The notes: a model not told the origin generated them from the sequence alone. 64,000 nt of DNA from Polyangiales bacterium (GCA_041389625.1 JAWKRM010000020.1:14930-78929); one strand, 5' to 3'. Counted from the first letter of the stretch, positions 23,190 through 33,392 are shown. Numbers and translations are program-made.

Positions 23190-26100
23190 GCGACAAACAC
23201 GACGACGACGACGGACTCACGCCTCGTCCGACGGGCGACTCCGACCCGCCTTCCCTCGACGTGCCGGCCGGTCCGCGCACGGCGGCGTACCGGGCCTCGC
23301 TCCATCCGGAGGCCTTCGATGACCCCGGCGCGGGCCCCACGCGTCGACTCGAGCTCGAGCCCTGGGCGGAGCGACACGACGCCACCACTCCGACGGCCAC
23401 GCCAATCCGCTCCCCCGGCATGGATCGCGGCGCCCTCGCGGCGCGTCGCTCGCTACGGCCCATCGGCGCCGGACGCCGCGCGAGACCTCCACTCGAACCG
23501 ACCGGCGGCGCCCTCGGTCGCCGGGCGGCGATGCTTGAATCGCTCGCCAAGTCGCGCATGGGCCGCGCCGCAACCGAATGTCTGCTCGCCGCCTCCGAGC
23601 TTCGCGAGGCGAATCACGAGTTCGACGCGGCACGCGAACTTGCCGACCGCGCCGTCGAGGCGTCACCGGATCATCGCATCGCCATTCGTCGGGCGCGCCA
23701 CTTCGCGTCGCTGGTTCAGGACACGGCTCGGGTATTGGCGCTCCTTGACCTCGAGGCACAGCTTGAACTGAGCGCCGACGAACGCCGCAGCGTCGCCTCC
23801 TTCGCAGAGCTCACGATGCGTGTCACGGGTTCGGGAGCGTCAGAACAGCTCGAAGCCATCGAGTCGGTAGGTTCACCTTCCGCTTCGCTCCTTCGCGCAT
23901 CGCGGCTCCTTCGCGCGGGCCGAACGCGTCGCGCCGCCGAGCTTCTTGAGCACACGGCCGAGGCCTGGCAAGACCCACGATTTGCTTCCTGCCTGTTCGC
24001 CGACGCCGCGCGCCTCCACGAGGAAGCGGACCCGGCGACGGCGGAAACGCTCTACGCCCGCGCCGTGCAGCAGGCACCTCACGCGCTCGACGCCCGCATT
24101 GGCGTGGCGCGCACCGCCCTAAAGCGCGGCACGCCCGACGTGGCCGCCGCCTCCCTCGTGCAGGCCGCTGCGAGTGCGGGGCGCTGTGCCTTGGCCGACG
24201 CGGCGAAAATCTTCGCATCACGCGTCCTCGCCTGGAAATCCCGTGCGCCGGCGGAGGCCGACGCGATTCTCGACGACGTGGCCCCCACCTCCGTTGCGCT
24301 CCGAGCACGCGTCGACGCGAGCGGAGCAGGTGCGCTTTCCGCAGGCGAAGCGTTGGCGTGGATCGAGCAGTCCCGTGGCGTCAGTCGTCTCGTCGCGAGC
24401 CTTGCCGTGCTCGAGGTGGGCGCCGGGGAACCCCACGCCGAAACCCTGGCGCGCACGCTGCTTCAACACGACGCAACCCGTGCCGCTGCGCGCGTGCTCC
24501 TCGAGGATGCCTCACGAACGGCCGGCCGAAAGCGGAGCCTGTTCCCCGCGTCCGCAAGTGACCCCGGTTCCATGTTCGCGGCCCTCGCCCGCGCGAGCGT
24601 TGAGCCCGATGGCGCGGACGCGGAGGACGAACACCTCACCGCCCTTCGGCACCACGGAGTCCTCGATGCCATCGTCCGGACGCTGTCCGTCGAAACGGCG
24701 CTCGAGCGGGACGTTGGATCCGCGGGGCGCGCCATCGAGGAACTGGAGGCCCGCTCACTCCAGCCCGAAACGGTGGGTCTTCGCGTGGCCCTCGCGCTTC
24801 GCGCGAATGCGCGGGGCGACTTCAACGAGGCACGGAATCTCCTCGACGCGGGGATTCGGGCACATGGCCATTCGCCGCTGCTCGTTCAGATGCTGGTCGA
24901 GCTGGTGGCGCAGACCGAGCCGCGCGAAGCGGCGTCCCTCCTCCTTTCGAACATCGATCGACGCTCCCGGTGGGCGACGGCACACGACGCGGTGCGTGCC
25001 GCCCGCATCCTGGCGCTCGCGGGGCACGACCCCGAGCCGGCCCTCCAACTCGCGGTGGACGAGGCTCCTGGATTCGGTCCCGCCGTTTGGACCGCGACGC
25101 GGGTTCGCAGCGGACGCGACGCCACCGTCGCCACATCCGAGGTATTGCTCGCGGCGGCCAAGCGCTCCCGCCACCCGTTCCTCCGCTCCCTGGCGCTCAC
25201 GCGCGCCGCGCTTCTCCGTTTGCATGATGATCGCGAACACGCCGCGAGCCTCCTGGTGGAGGCCACGGCCCTCGTCCCGGCGGACATGTTCCTCCTCGAG
25301 ATGGCCCTCACCTACGGCACGTCCCTTTCGCATGCTCAACGCGCCGCGCTTCTCGAGACCGGCGTGTCGGGCGATGCACGGTGGACCCGGGCCCTCCGCC
25401 TTCGGGCGGCGTCCCACTGGGGCGCCGCGGGCAAGCTCGACGTGGCCGCCTCCATCTACCGGGAGTACGCCAAGCAACAGGATGTGGTCGCGCGACGCGG
25501 CCTTGACCGCATCGAACTCGCCCTTGATGAGGTGGTGCGCGTGAGTGCGCGGCGGTTCCAGGAGTTGCGCGACGCGCGTTCCAGGGCCGCACGCGTAAGC
25601 GCCCTCGAAAGCCTCGCGGACCTCGACCTGTACGAGCGCCGAGACTCCCAGGCAGCGTCGGTCTCCCTTTTTGCGCTGCTCGAAGCGGTCCCGGATCACC
25701 TGCCCGCCCTGCGCGCCCTCGAACGCCACGCGATGGAGAACGGTCGATTCGAGGTATTGGCGCGCGTGGAGGAGGAGCTCGCGCGCGTCTCAAGCGAACC
25801 GAGTCACGTCTCGGCCCACGTTCGCCTCGCGTGCCGCGTGCTTCAGCGCGTGGAACCGAGTTCCGATGATCGCGCGAACGCCCTCGTCCTCCGCATGAGT
25901 GATCGAGCGGAGCACGACCTGTGGTTTGTGCGACGTTGGATTGCCGCCGCACGCCAAGCCGGCGACGCAACGAAGGTCGCCAGCGCCGTGTGCGCCGCGG
26001 CGGAGGCGCTCGATACGGTGCTCGAACGAAGCACCGCGCACCTTCACGCGGCCGAGGCGCTCGAGGAACATGGCGACCTGCCAGCCGCACTCGAGCAGGC

Positions 26101-28090
26101 ACAGTCTGCCGTCCCACTCACGCCCTACCATCCCACCGCGGCTCAAACGCTCGGGGAACTTCGCGGGCGAACCGGTGACATGCGTGGGTCGGCCGAGGCC
26201 TTTGAACTCGCGGCCACCACAAGCGCCCTCGAGGAACGGGCGACCGAACTCTGGCTCCGGGCCGCCGTGATCTGGCAGGACGTCGTCCGCGACCGTGGCC
26301 GTGCGAGGCTCGCACTCGAGCAGGTCGCACGGCGAAACCCCGCCTACCGGGACACCTACGACCGGCTCCGTCGCATCGCGACCGCCGAGCGAGACACCGC
26401 GTACCTTCGGGAAATCACCGAGCGCCGGCTTTCGTATGGCGGCGAGGTTGCGGAGGTCGTTTCACTCCACCTTACCCTCGCGCGCACCGCACGCGACCTC
26501 GGCGACGCCTCCGAGGCGATTCGGTCGCTGCGTGCGGCCGTCGCACTCGACCCGGAACAACCCCATGTTTGGAAGGACCTCTACGAGGCCTACGCATCCC
26601 GAGATGACTGGCGTGGCGCAATCGAGGCCCTCGTTCGGATGGCGCACGCCGAGCGTGAACCGAGTGAACTTAGCGCGCTCTTTCTTCGCATTGGCGAAAT
26701 CTACGAAGGCAAACTCGACGACCTCGAACGCGCGGAGGCGGCCTATCGCCGCGCCCTCGAGTACGGCCCACCGCTCAAAACGCACCGAAAACTCGCGTCG
26801 CTCTACGAGCGGCACGGCGACCACGCCAAGGCGGCTTCGACACTCGAGGCGCTGATTGAAACCTGCGAAGACAAGGCGGAGGCGAAGGAGCTTTCGCTCC
26901 GACTCGCACGCGTGCTCGACGCCCAGAAGCTCTACCGCGAGTGCGAAGAACTCCTCGATCGCGTTCGCCGCGATTGGCCAACGGACCTCGATGTCATCCG
27001 CGCGCTCGCCGACCTCTACGCACACCAGGGTGCGCGCGCGGCCCACGCCCTCCACCTGAACCGCGCCATCGCGGATTTGCGCGACGCGTTTGTGAACGAC
27101 CCGTCCGACGAGCGAACACTCCCAACGTTGGTCGAAGTATATCGCTGGCAAAGTCGACTCGATGCGGCGCGGGCCACCGCCTCCGTAGCCACGGCGCTCG
27201 GGATCGCTCGCCTCGACGTCGCGAAGGTTGTTGATGCGGCCGGTGCCATCCCGGGGGCGGGCAAGGCCGCGTTCGATCCGATGCTCGACGACATCCTCGC
27301 CCCCGATGCGCTCCAGCCGGCGACACGTGCCGTCCTCGAGCATGCGAGTCCCGTCTTCGAGAAGGTGTCGAAGCTCGAGACATCCTGGGTCCTGTCGTCC
27401 CGTCGCGTCCCCGATCGCGATCCGCGCATTGCCGCACCGCTCCGGCGCGCGAAGGAGTGGCTCGGACGCGAAGTCACCGTCTACGAGACGGACAAGCTTG
27501 GTCGTGTCTGTTTCCCAGTCCAGTCCGAGCCACTCGAGATCCTCATGGGTCGGCGATTGCTCGATGCTTGCACCGAAGACGAATGCCTCTTCCTCCTGCT
27601 CCGCGCGGGCAAGGTGAGTCTGGCTGGCCTCGGAGTCGTCACGCGCGTCGAGATGGAACACCTCGCCACGCTCCTGCGCTCCATCCGCTTCGCCTTCGAC
27701 CTCGACCCCATGGCCACAGCGAGCAAACAGGAGGCGACCGTGGCCGCGAGAATCTCGAAGGCCATCGGCAAGAAGGAGCGGGAGGCGCTGCTGCCCCTGG
27801 TGCGGGCCGCCTCCACCCGCCCGGACTACGAGGCGCGCCGAATCGCCCTCGCCGCATGCGAGCTTGGGGACCGCGCGGCGCTCGTGGCCACTGGTTCAGT
27901 GCCCGCAGGCATGGGTGCACTCCTCAAGATGGCCGGCGTCTCGCGGCCGATGACCGGTCCGACGAATGTTCGCGCGGCGGGTCTCGCCCGCGTCGAGGAG
28001 GCCCTGGGACTTGTGCTTTTCGGCTTGTCTGAGGAACACTTCGAAGCCCGCATGCGAACCGGCGCCGACAGGAAAGATCTCGCCCGATGA
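23186..28090 (+). CDS. Giant protein with TPR-like helical repeats (1,634 aa), paralogous to the upstream gene
   Basis: Its ATG overlaps the upstream stop (ATGA at 23186-23189). A ~110-aa acidic/Pro-rich N-terminus is followed by TPR-like repeats (e.g. ..AEAAYRRALEYGPPLKTHRKLASLYERHGDHAKAASTLEALI..). The C-terminal ~280-aa non-repeat domain is alignable by eye with the C-terminus of the upstream protein. Confidence 0.7.
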   Translation: MSDKHDDDDGLTPRPTGDSDPPSLDVPAGPRTAAYRASLHPEAFDDPGAGPTRRLELEPWAERHDATTPTATPIRSPGMDRGALAARRSLRPIGAGRRARPPLEPTGGALGRRAAMLESLAKSRMGRAATECLLAASELREANHEFDAARELADRAVEASPDHRIAIRRARHFASLVQDTARVLALLDLEAQLELSADERRSVASFAELTMRVTGSGASEQLEAIESVGSPSASLLRASRLLRAGRTRRAAELLEHTAEAWQDPRFASCLFADAARLHEEADPATAETLYARAVQQAPHALDARIGVARTALKRGTPDVAAASLVQAAASAGRCALADAAKIFASRVLAWKSRAPAEADAILDDVAPTSVALRARVDASGAGALSAGEALAWIEQSRGVSRLVASLAVLEVGAGEPHAETLARTLLQHDATRAAARVLLEDASRTAGRKRSLFPASASDPGSMFAALARASVEPDGADAEDEHLTALRHHGVLDAIVRTLSVETALERDVGSAGRAIEELEARSLQPETVGLRVALALRANARGDFNEARNLLDAGIRAHGHSPLLVQMLVELVAQTEPREAASLLLSNIDRRSRWATAHDAVRAARILALAGHDPEPALQLAVDEAPGFGPAVWTATRVRSGRDATVATSEVLLAAAKRSRHPFLRSLALTRAALLRLHDDREHAASLLVEATALVPADMFLLEMALTYGTSLSHAQRAALLETGVSGDARWTRALRLRAASHWGAAGKLDVAASIYREYAKQQDVVARRGLDRIELALDEVVRVSARRFQELRDARSRAARVSALESLADLDLYERRDSQAASVSLFALLEAVPDHLPALRALERHAMENGRFEVLARVEEELARVSSEPSHVSAHVRLACRVLQRVEPSSDDRANALVLRMSDRAEHDLWFVRRWIAAARQAGDATKVASAVCAAAEALDTVLERSTAHLHAAEALEEHGDLPAALEQAQSAVPLTPYHPTAAQTLGELRGRTGDMRGSAEAFELAATTSALEERATELWLRAAVIWQDVVRDRGRARLALEQVARRNPAYRDTYDRLRRIATAERDTAYLREITERRLSYGGEVAEVVSLHLTLARTARDLGDASEAIRSLRAAVALDPEQPHVWKDLYEAYASRDDWRGAIEALVRMAHAEREPSELSALFLRIGEIYEGKLDDLERAEAAYRRALEYGPPLKTHRKLASLYERHGDHAKAASTLEALIETCEDKAEAKELSLRLARVLDAQKLYRECEELLDRVRRDWPTDLDVIRALADLYAHQGARAAHALHLNRAIADLRDAFVNDPSDERTLPTLVEVYRWQSRLDAARATASVATALGIARLDVAKVVDAAGAIPGAGKAAFDPMLDDILAPDALQPATRAVLEHASPVFEKVSKLETSWVLSSRRVPDRDPRIAAPLRRAKEWLGREVTVYETDKLGRVCFPVQSEPLEILMGRRLLDACTEDECLFLLLRAGKVSLAGLGVVTRVEMEHLATLLRSIRFAFDLDPMATASKQEATVAARISKAIGKKEREALLPLVRAASTRPDYEARRIALAACELGDRAALVATGSVPAGMGALLKMAGVSRPMTGPTNVRAAGLARVEEALGLVLFGLSEEHFEARMRTGADRKDLAR

Positions 28091-28692
28091 AACTCGCCTT
28101 CGTGGGCCCATCGGAGGGCGATACCGACGCCCTCCATCGCATGGTGGAGCGCCTGCTAATGCACTTCGAGGTCGACAAGGTCGTCTACCTCGGTCTCGAC
28201 GACACGCTCGATCGCGTGATGGGTGCTTGGGCAGAGTCGGTGTTTCCGGGCGGCAACGACGAGCGGCAGCTGGTCGATGCCGCGGCCCGGCTCGCCTGCG
28301 CGGGTTCCCCCGGTGACATCGACGCGTTCCTCGCCGCCGACCGCCTGCTTGAACGACTCCGCGCGGTGCGTCGCCTGCCGTCGGAGACGGCCCGCGCCGT
28401 TGAAATGGTCGACGATCGAATCGTGACGGTCGTTTACGACAAAGCAATGTTGAACGAAGAAGACATCGCCAATTCGTCCGTTCTCGTTTACGGCAAGGCC
28501 GCCGAGCCATTCGTCAAACGTTTTGGTCCGCGGTGCTTCTTCACGCCGGGCCCACTCTCCCACGGCCGATTCGGGCTCGTGGAACTCGACGCGGAGGATC
28601 AGGTGTTTCTCGGTCTGTTCGACACGCACGGACAGCCGGAGTGGCGCGAAGCCGTGCAGGGCCAGCGCGGCACACGCATGAAGGTCATGTGA
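28087..28692 (+). CDS. YfcE-like metallophosphoesterase-fold protein lacking the catalytic metal ligands
   Basis: Its ATG overlaps the upstream stop (ATGA). The secondary-structure pattern MKLAFVG..., VVYLGLDD..., VTVVYDKA..., VLVYGKAA..., FFTPGPLS...FGLVEL follows the calcineurin-like fold. However, DxH, GNH(D/E) and GHxH are replaced (GPSEG, YDKA, GKAA). Confidence 0.45.
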   Translation: MKLAFVGPSEGDTDALHRMVERLLMHFEVDKVVYLGLDDTLDRVMGAWAESVFPGGNDERQLVDAAARLACAGSPGDIDAFLAADRLLERLRAVRRLPSETARAVEMVDDRIVTVVYDKAMLNEEDIANSSVLVYGKAAEPFVKRFGPRCFFTPGPLSHGRFGLVELDAEDQVFLGLFDTHGQPEWREAVQGQRGTRMKVM

Positions 28693-29249
28693 TGGCGCGA
28701 ACGGTGGCCATCTACGGGGGCAGCTTTGATCCTCCCCATGTTGCGCACGTCCTCGTTGCTTCCTACGTACTCAGCACGGCGGAGGTCGATGAACTTTGGG
28801 TGATCCCGACGTGGGAGCATCCCTTCGCCAAGCATCTGAACGCCCCGTTCGAAGCACGCGTCGAGATGTGCAACCTCGCCTTCGGGCTCTTTGAGCGCGC
28901 CCGTGTACTCCGCACCGAAGGTGAGCTCGGCGGCGTCAGCCGTACGCTCCACACGCTCGAGGAGCTCCGCCGCCGCGATCCCGATGTCGCATTTCGGCTT
29001 GTGATGGGCGCCGACTTGCTCTCCGAAACCGACCGCTGGCACGCCTTCGACAAGGTTCGCACCATCGCGCCGCCGCTCGTCGTGGGCCGAGCTGGCCACG
29101 AGCACGCCGAAGGGTCGCCCTTCGATTTCCCGGCGATCTCCTCCACCGACGTGCGGGATCGCGTGCAGAAAGGCGCTTCCGTCCGCGGCTTGATTCCACA
29201 CGCTGTCGCGACATACATCGAGCGCCATCAGCTCTACCGCGCGCGGTAG
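28692..29249 (+). CDS. nadD: Nicotinate-nucleotide adenylyltransferase
   Basis: MARTVAIYGGSFDPPHVAHV (the (H/T)xGH-type motif) plus ISSTDVR near the C-terminus. The start shares 1 nt with the upstream stop (TGATG). Confidence 0.88.
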   Translation: MARTVAIYGGSFDPPHVAHVLVASYVLSTAEVDELWVIPTWEHPFAKHLNAPFEARVEMCNLAFGLFERARVLRTEGELGGVSRTLHTLEELRRRDPDVAFRLVMGADLLSETDRWHAFDKVRTIAPPLVVGRAGHEHAEGSPFDFPAISSTDVRDRVQKGASVRGLIPHAVATYIERHQLYRAR

Positions 29250-29264
29250 GGAGGGCGCGACACC

Positions 29265-30074
29265 TTGGACTACGCCATTCGACGCGAAGTCGCCGATCGA
29301 CTCGAGCGACTTGAGATTCCGTTCAACCGCGACGGCATCGATCCGTACGGCATCGACCGGTCGCACGTGGATCTGTTTTTCTGCATGCTCGGCTGGTTCC
29401 AGAAGCGCTACTTTCGATTTAGTGCCCATGGGATCGAACATATCCCCGCGCGCGGCCGGGCCATGCTCGTGGGAAACCACTCCGGCGGGTTTGCCACCGA
29501 CGCCGGCATGATTATTTCGAGCTGCTTCTTTCTCAAGGAGCCGCCGCGCCTCGCGCAGGGCATGGCTGAGAAGTTCATCAACAAGCTCCCCTTCGCGTCC
29601 CAGTGGACCAACAAGGCGGGACAGTTCACCGGGCTTCCCGAGCACGCCGAACGCTTGCTCGAAGACGGCCGCCTTCTCGTCGTGTTCCCCGAGGGCGCGA
29701 AGGGCACGGCAAAACTCTTCCACGAACGCCACTCGCTGGTTCGCTTCGGCACGGGCTTCATGCGCCTTGCACTCCGAACGAAGTCGCCGGTGATCCCCTT
29801 CGGTTTCGCCGGTGCGGGCGACGCACTGCCTACGGTGATGAACCTCTACAAACTCGGCAAGCTCTTCGGCTTGCCCTACATCCCGGTCACCCCGTACATC
29901 GTGCCCGTGCCGCTCCCCGCCACGCTTCGCGTACACTACGGCGAACCCATGCACTTCGAAGGCACCGGCAACGAAGACGACCTTGTCATTCACGGCATGG
30001 TTGAGCAGGTTCGCGAGCGAATCGCCCAGCTCATGGACGACGCACTCAAGTCGGAAGGGACGAGCGCACGATGA
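29265..30074 (+). CDS. Lysophospholipid (PlsC-family) acyltransferase
   Basis: Acyltransferase blocks [11 protein letters not shown] and VVFPEGAKG are present. The TTG start is preceded by GGGAGGG. The gene lies 15 nt after nadD. Confidence 0.7.
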   Translation: MDYAIRREVADRLERLEIPFNRDGIDPYGIDRSHVDLFFCMLGWFQKRYFRFSAHGIEHIPARGRAMLVGNHSGGFATDAGMIISSCFFLKEPPRLAQGMAEKFINKLPFASQWTNKAGQFTGLPEHAERLLEDGRLLVVFPEGAKGTAKLFHERHSLVRFGTGFMRLALRTKSPVIPFGFAGAGDALPTVMNLYKLGKLFGLPYIPVTPYIVPVPLPATLRVHYGEPMHFEGTGNEDDLVIHGMVEQVRERIAQLMDDALKSEGTSAR

Positions 30075-30994
30075 AAGTCCTCATCACGGGCGCCGCCGGC
30101 AAAATCGGGCGCATCGTCTCCGCAAGTCTGGCGAGCAAGGGCCACGACGTCCTCGGGATCGATCGCCGCCCCTGGAACGACATGCCGGAGGGCTGCCGCA
30201 TCATCCAGACCGACATCCGTAAGCGAGCCGCGGAAGACGTCTTCCGCACGGAACGTCCGGATGCCGTCATCCACATGGCCACCGTCGCTCAACTCAAGAT
30301 GCGGAACGAGGAGCGCTCCCGCATCAACCTGGGAGGCACCCGCGCCATCTTCGACTACTGCCACCGCTACGGCGTGGGCCAAGCCATTTTCGTGGGCCGC
30401 CACACCTACTACGGCGCCGCCGCCGATTCGCCCCTCTACCACACCGAGGACGAACCCCCGATGGCGCTCGATACGTTCCCGGAGCTCGCCGATCTTGTTG
30501 CCGCGGATCTTTATGCCGGCTCCGCCCTGTGGCGATTTCCCGAGATCCACACGTGCGTGCTCCGCATTTGCTACACGCTCGGACCGCAGGCGCAGGGCAC
30601 CCTCGCGGCCTACCTCGCAGGAAGTCGCGTCCCGATGGTTCTCGGGTTCGACCCGCTCTTTCAGTTCATGCACGAGGCGGATGTCGCTCGAGCCATCGAG
30701 CTCACGATCGAAAAGCGCCTGCGCGGCGTCTACAACGTCTCCGGACCACCGCCCCTTCCGCTTTCGATCGTCATTCAGGAGGCGGGTCGGTCACCGGTTC
30801 CCGTCCCCGAGCCCGTCCTGCGCGCCGTCATCGGGCGGTTCGGCATGCCGAACCTTGCCCCGGGCGCCCGGAACCACATCAAGTACCCGATCGTCATCGA
30901 CTCGAACGCGTTTCGAAAGGCAACGGGCTTTGAGCACGCGTACGACGAGTACGAGACGCTCCGACAATTTCGTACGGCGTCGCCGGCAACGTAG
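30071..30994 (+). CDS. NAD-dependent epimerase/dehydratase family (extended SDR) protein
   Basis: [13 protein letters not shown] is a Rossmann GxxGxxG motif. The start overlaps the upstream stop (ATGA). Confidence 0.75.
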   Translation: MKVLITGAAGKIGRIVSASLASKGHDVLGIDRRPWNDMPEGCRIIQTDIRKRAAEDVFRTERPDAVIHMATVAQLKMRNEERSRINLGGTRAIFDYCHRYGVGQAIFVGRHTYYGAAADSPLYHTEDEPPMALDTFPELADLVAADLYAGSALWRFPEIHTCVLRICYTLGPQAQGTLAAYLAGSRVPMVLGFDPLFQFMHEADVARAIELTIEKRLRGVYNVSGPPPLPLSIVIQEAGRSPVPVPEPVLRAVIGRFGMPNLAPGARNHIKYPIVIDSNAFRKATGFEHAYDEYETLRQFRTASPAT

Positions 30995-31041
30995 TCACGC
31001 AGCTTGGGTCCGCCGCGGGTTCGTGCGACCCTCGTCCGACC

Positions 31042-32292
31042 ATGCTCAACGTTCGGCTTACTCGTCTTCTCCTCGCCGTCCTTGCCTTTGGAATCGCCCC
31101 GTTCGCGGTCGCCTGTTCGACCGACTCGAATTCGAAGTCGCCCGACGACGGCGGCCAGAACGTGGATGCGGAGGTCAACGAAGACGGCGGTGAACCGCCG
31201 AACGACGCGGCCGAGGACGCGGCAGCCCCCATCTCCGCCAACATCTCGGACGCCACCCTCGCGGGCATCTGTGACTACCTGCGCACGTGCGACCTGCCCC
31301 TCGCCGGCGAAGGCGCACCGCAGGTTTTTCTCGCGCGCGCCCTGAGCAACGCGCTCACCTGCGGCGGAATCCTCGGACGTGTCCTGCCGACCACAAAGGC
31401 TCGAGAACTCGAGCGCCTCATCCGTGAAGGCCGCATCCTGTTTGATCAGACCGCGTTCCTCACGTGTCTGACCAACTTGGCGGAGAACTGCAGCTTCGTC
31501 GCCATCGACGACACCATCTGCGGCGACGTGCTCCAGGGAACCGTCGACGAAGACGGCGCGTGCACGCAGTCCGAAGAGTGCAAATCCGGGCTCTACTGCG
31601 ATACGACCGGCGGCGACACCTGCCCAGGCACGTGCGCGCCCGTGAAAGAACTCGGCGATTCCTGCTCGAGCTCCGAAGAATGTGCGGGCTCCTCGGACGG
31701 CACACCGGTTTGCTTCGAGGACACGTGCTACTCGCTCAAGTCCCTCACACCGAGCCTCCAAGGCCAGGATTGCAAGCTCGAGGTCGGCGGCGTGCCGTAC
31801 GTTGTGAACTTCACCCCGTGCGCGCCGGGCTTCGCATGCGATGGCGACACGGGAACCTGCAACGCCATGGTTGCGCCCGAGGGGCTCTGCCAGCCGGACA
31901 GCGTCTGCTCCGCCGGCCACGTCTGCGCCCCTTCGAGCGAAGACGAAACGCTCCGCTGCCGGCCGATCCGCGTGCGCGCGCTGGACGACGACTGCACGGG
32001 TGAATTCGACATTTGCGACCTGAGCGCGCGCCTCGTGTGCGACGAAGGCTCGGGAACCTGCGTGTCGGTGGGCGCCGGCAAGACCGACGACCCCTGCGAC
32101 GGGACGGCCGGGCCCCTCGCCCCGTGTGCCGAGGGCTACTTCTGCGACGACTCGGGAATCGAACCCGCCTGTCAGCCGCAAAAGGCGGGCACGGCCGAGT
32201 GTGCAGATAACGACGAGTGCATCTCGGGCCAATGCGCAGACGACGCATGCCGACCTGCGTACTGCACCTTCGCCGGCGCCACCGAACGCTAG
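31042..32292 (+). CDS. Cys-rich repeat lipoprotein
   Basis: It has a lipobox (PFAVAC). The C-terminal two thirds contain repeated C.....C..G..C modules (e.g. GACTQSEECKSGLYCD, DSCSSSEECAGS, AECADNDECISGQCADDAC). Confidence 0.7.
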   Translation: MLNVRLTRLLLAVLAFGIAPFAVACSTDSNSKSPDDGGQNVDAEVNEDGGEPPNDAAEDAAAPISANISDATLAGICDYLRTCDLPLAGEGAPQVFLARALSNALTCGGILGRVLPTTKARELERLIREGRILFDQTAFLTCLTNLAENCSFVAIDDTICGDVLQGTVDEDGACTQSEECKSGLYCDTTGGDTCPGTCAPVKELGDSCSSSEECAGSSDGTPVCFEDTCYSLKSLTPSLQGQDCKLEVGGVPYVVNFTPCAPGFACDGDTGTCNAMVAPEGLCQPDSVCSAGHVCAPSSEDETLRCRPIRVRALDDDCTGEFDICDLSARLVCDEGSGTCVSVGAGKTDDPCDGTAGPLAPCAEGYFCDDSGIEPACQPQKAGTAECADNDECISGQCADDACRPAYCTFAGATER

Positions 32293-33392
32293 CGCGCGTC
32301 GAAGCGCAGTTCGACCCAGGCGCCGCGTTCGGCGGGGCCGCGACATGCCCACGCACGCCGCGCCGCGGGCTCGGCGATGAGCACCGCGTTGGTCGCCGTC
32401 CCCTGATTGTCTTCCGGATAGCGGCTGATGCTGTCGACGCCGTCCGAACGGTCCGAGAAAAGCGCCTTGAGGGCGTCGAGGTCCATGGGTCCGGCGTTCA
32501 CCAATGCGCTGGCCCGCTCGAAGCGACGATGGCTCGACGCGCTCGGCACCTCTCCCTCGATGGCCACGTGCACCGACGCGAGACAGTGGTTTGAGCGGAC
32601 GATGGGCGCTTCGCTCGCATCCCGCATGAACTGGCTTGTGGGTGAGGCCTCCCACTCCACGAGCCGCTCCCGGTCGGCCATCCAATACGTGTGCGCACCC
32701 GCGTGTGGCGCCGTGCGAACGACCTTCGATGCGCCGTCCGCCGTTGTTTCACGGATCGCTCGGTGGAGAATGCCAAGGTAGCCGACGCCAGGCTCGGCGC
32801 CGTACGTCTTGATATTGGTCGTGCCCACCGCCACGCCCGCGTCGTTCATGCCCATGATCGTGAGGCACCCCGTGCACACGATGGCCCACGTGCTGGGGCC
32901 CTCCACGGGCCGCCGCTCCACGGCGACCACGTATTCGAGGTCCTCCGGGTTCAGGTCCCACGTCTGTCCCGCGAGCGTATGGCCGTCCCGCGTGCGCGCT
33001 CCGGGAACGAGCACCGACGTACAGCCCTCGGGACTCGTCTTCGTGAGGGGCGGACCACTCGAAGCCCCGAGGAGCACGACGTCGCGCATGTCCGTCATGT
33101 TTGTGACGGTAAAGAGCTCAAGCGGATCGACGTCCGCCCCCTCCGCGATGCCCAGGTGCTCGTCGTACCCCACCGAGTCCCATTCGCGGTGAACGAGCGC
33201 GCTCTGGCGTCCGGCCTTTTGGAGCGCCTCAAGGCCATCCCGCTTTCCGCGCTCGGCCATGTACTTGTCGGCCGCATCGATTCGCATGGCGACGAACGCG
33301 CGAATGCGCTCCCGAAACGCTTCCCCTTGGCCACGACCAAGGTCGCGCGGCGCGCCGCGGACGGTGAGACATTCAAGTTCGAGGGACCCCAT
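32289..33392 (-). CDS. Peptidase C45 / acyl-CoA:6-aminopenicillanic-acid acyltransferase-like Ntn hydrolase
   Basis: A candidate nucleophile Cys sits in ..SPEGCTSVLVPG.., followed by TWDLNPE and IMGMNDAGVAVGTTN, as in the C45 family. I chose the ATG at 33392. Confidence 0.6.
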   Translation of the reverse strand: MGSLELECLTVRGAPRDLGRGQGEAFRERIRAFVAMRIDAADKYMAERGKRDGLEALQKAGRQSALVHREWDSVGYDEHLGIAEGADVDPLELFTVTNMTDMRDVVLLGASSGPPLTKTSPEGCTSVLVPGARTRDGHTLAGQTWDLNPEDLEYVVAVERRPVEGPSTWAIVCTGCLTIMGMNDAGVAVGTTNIKTYGAEPGVGYLGILHRAIRETTADGASKVVRTAPHAGAHTYWMADRERLVEWEASPTSQFMRDASEAPIVRSNHCLASVHVAIEGEVPSASSHRRFERASALVNAGPMDLDALKALFSDRSDGVDSISRYPEDNQGTATNAVLIAEPAARRAWACRGPAERGAWVELRFDAR

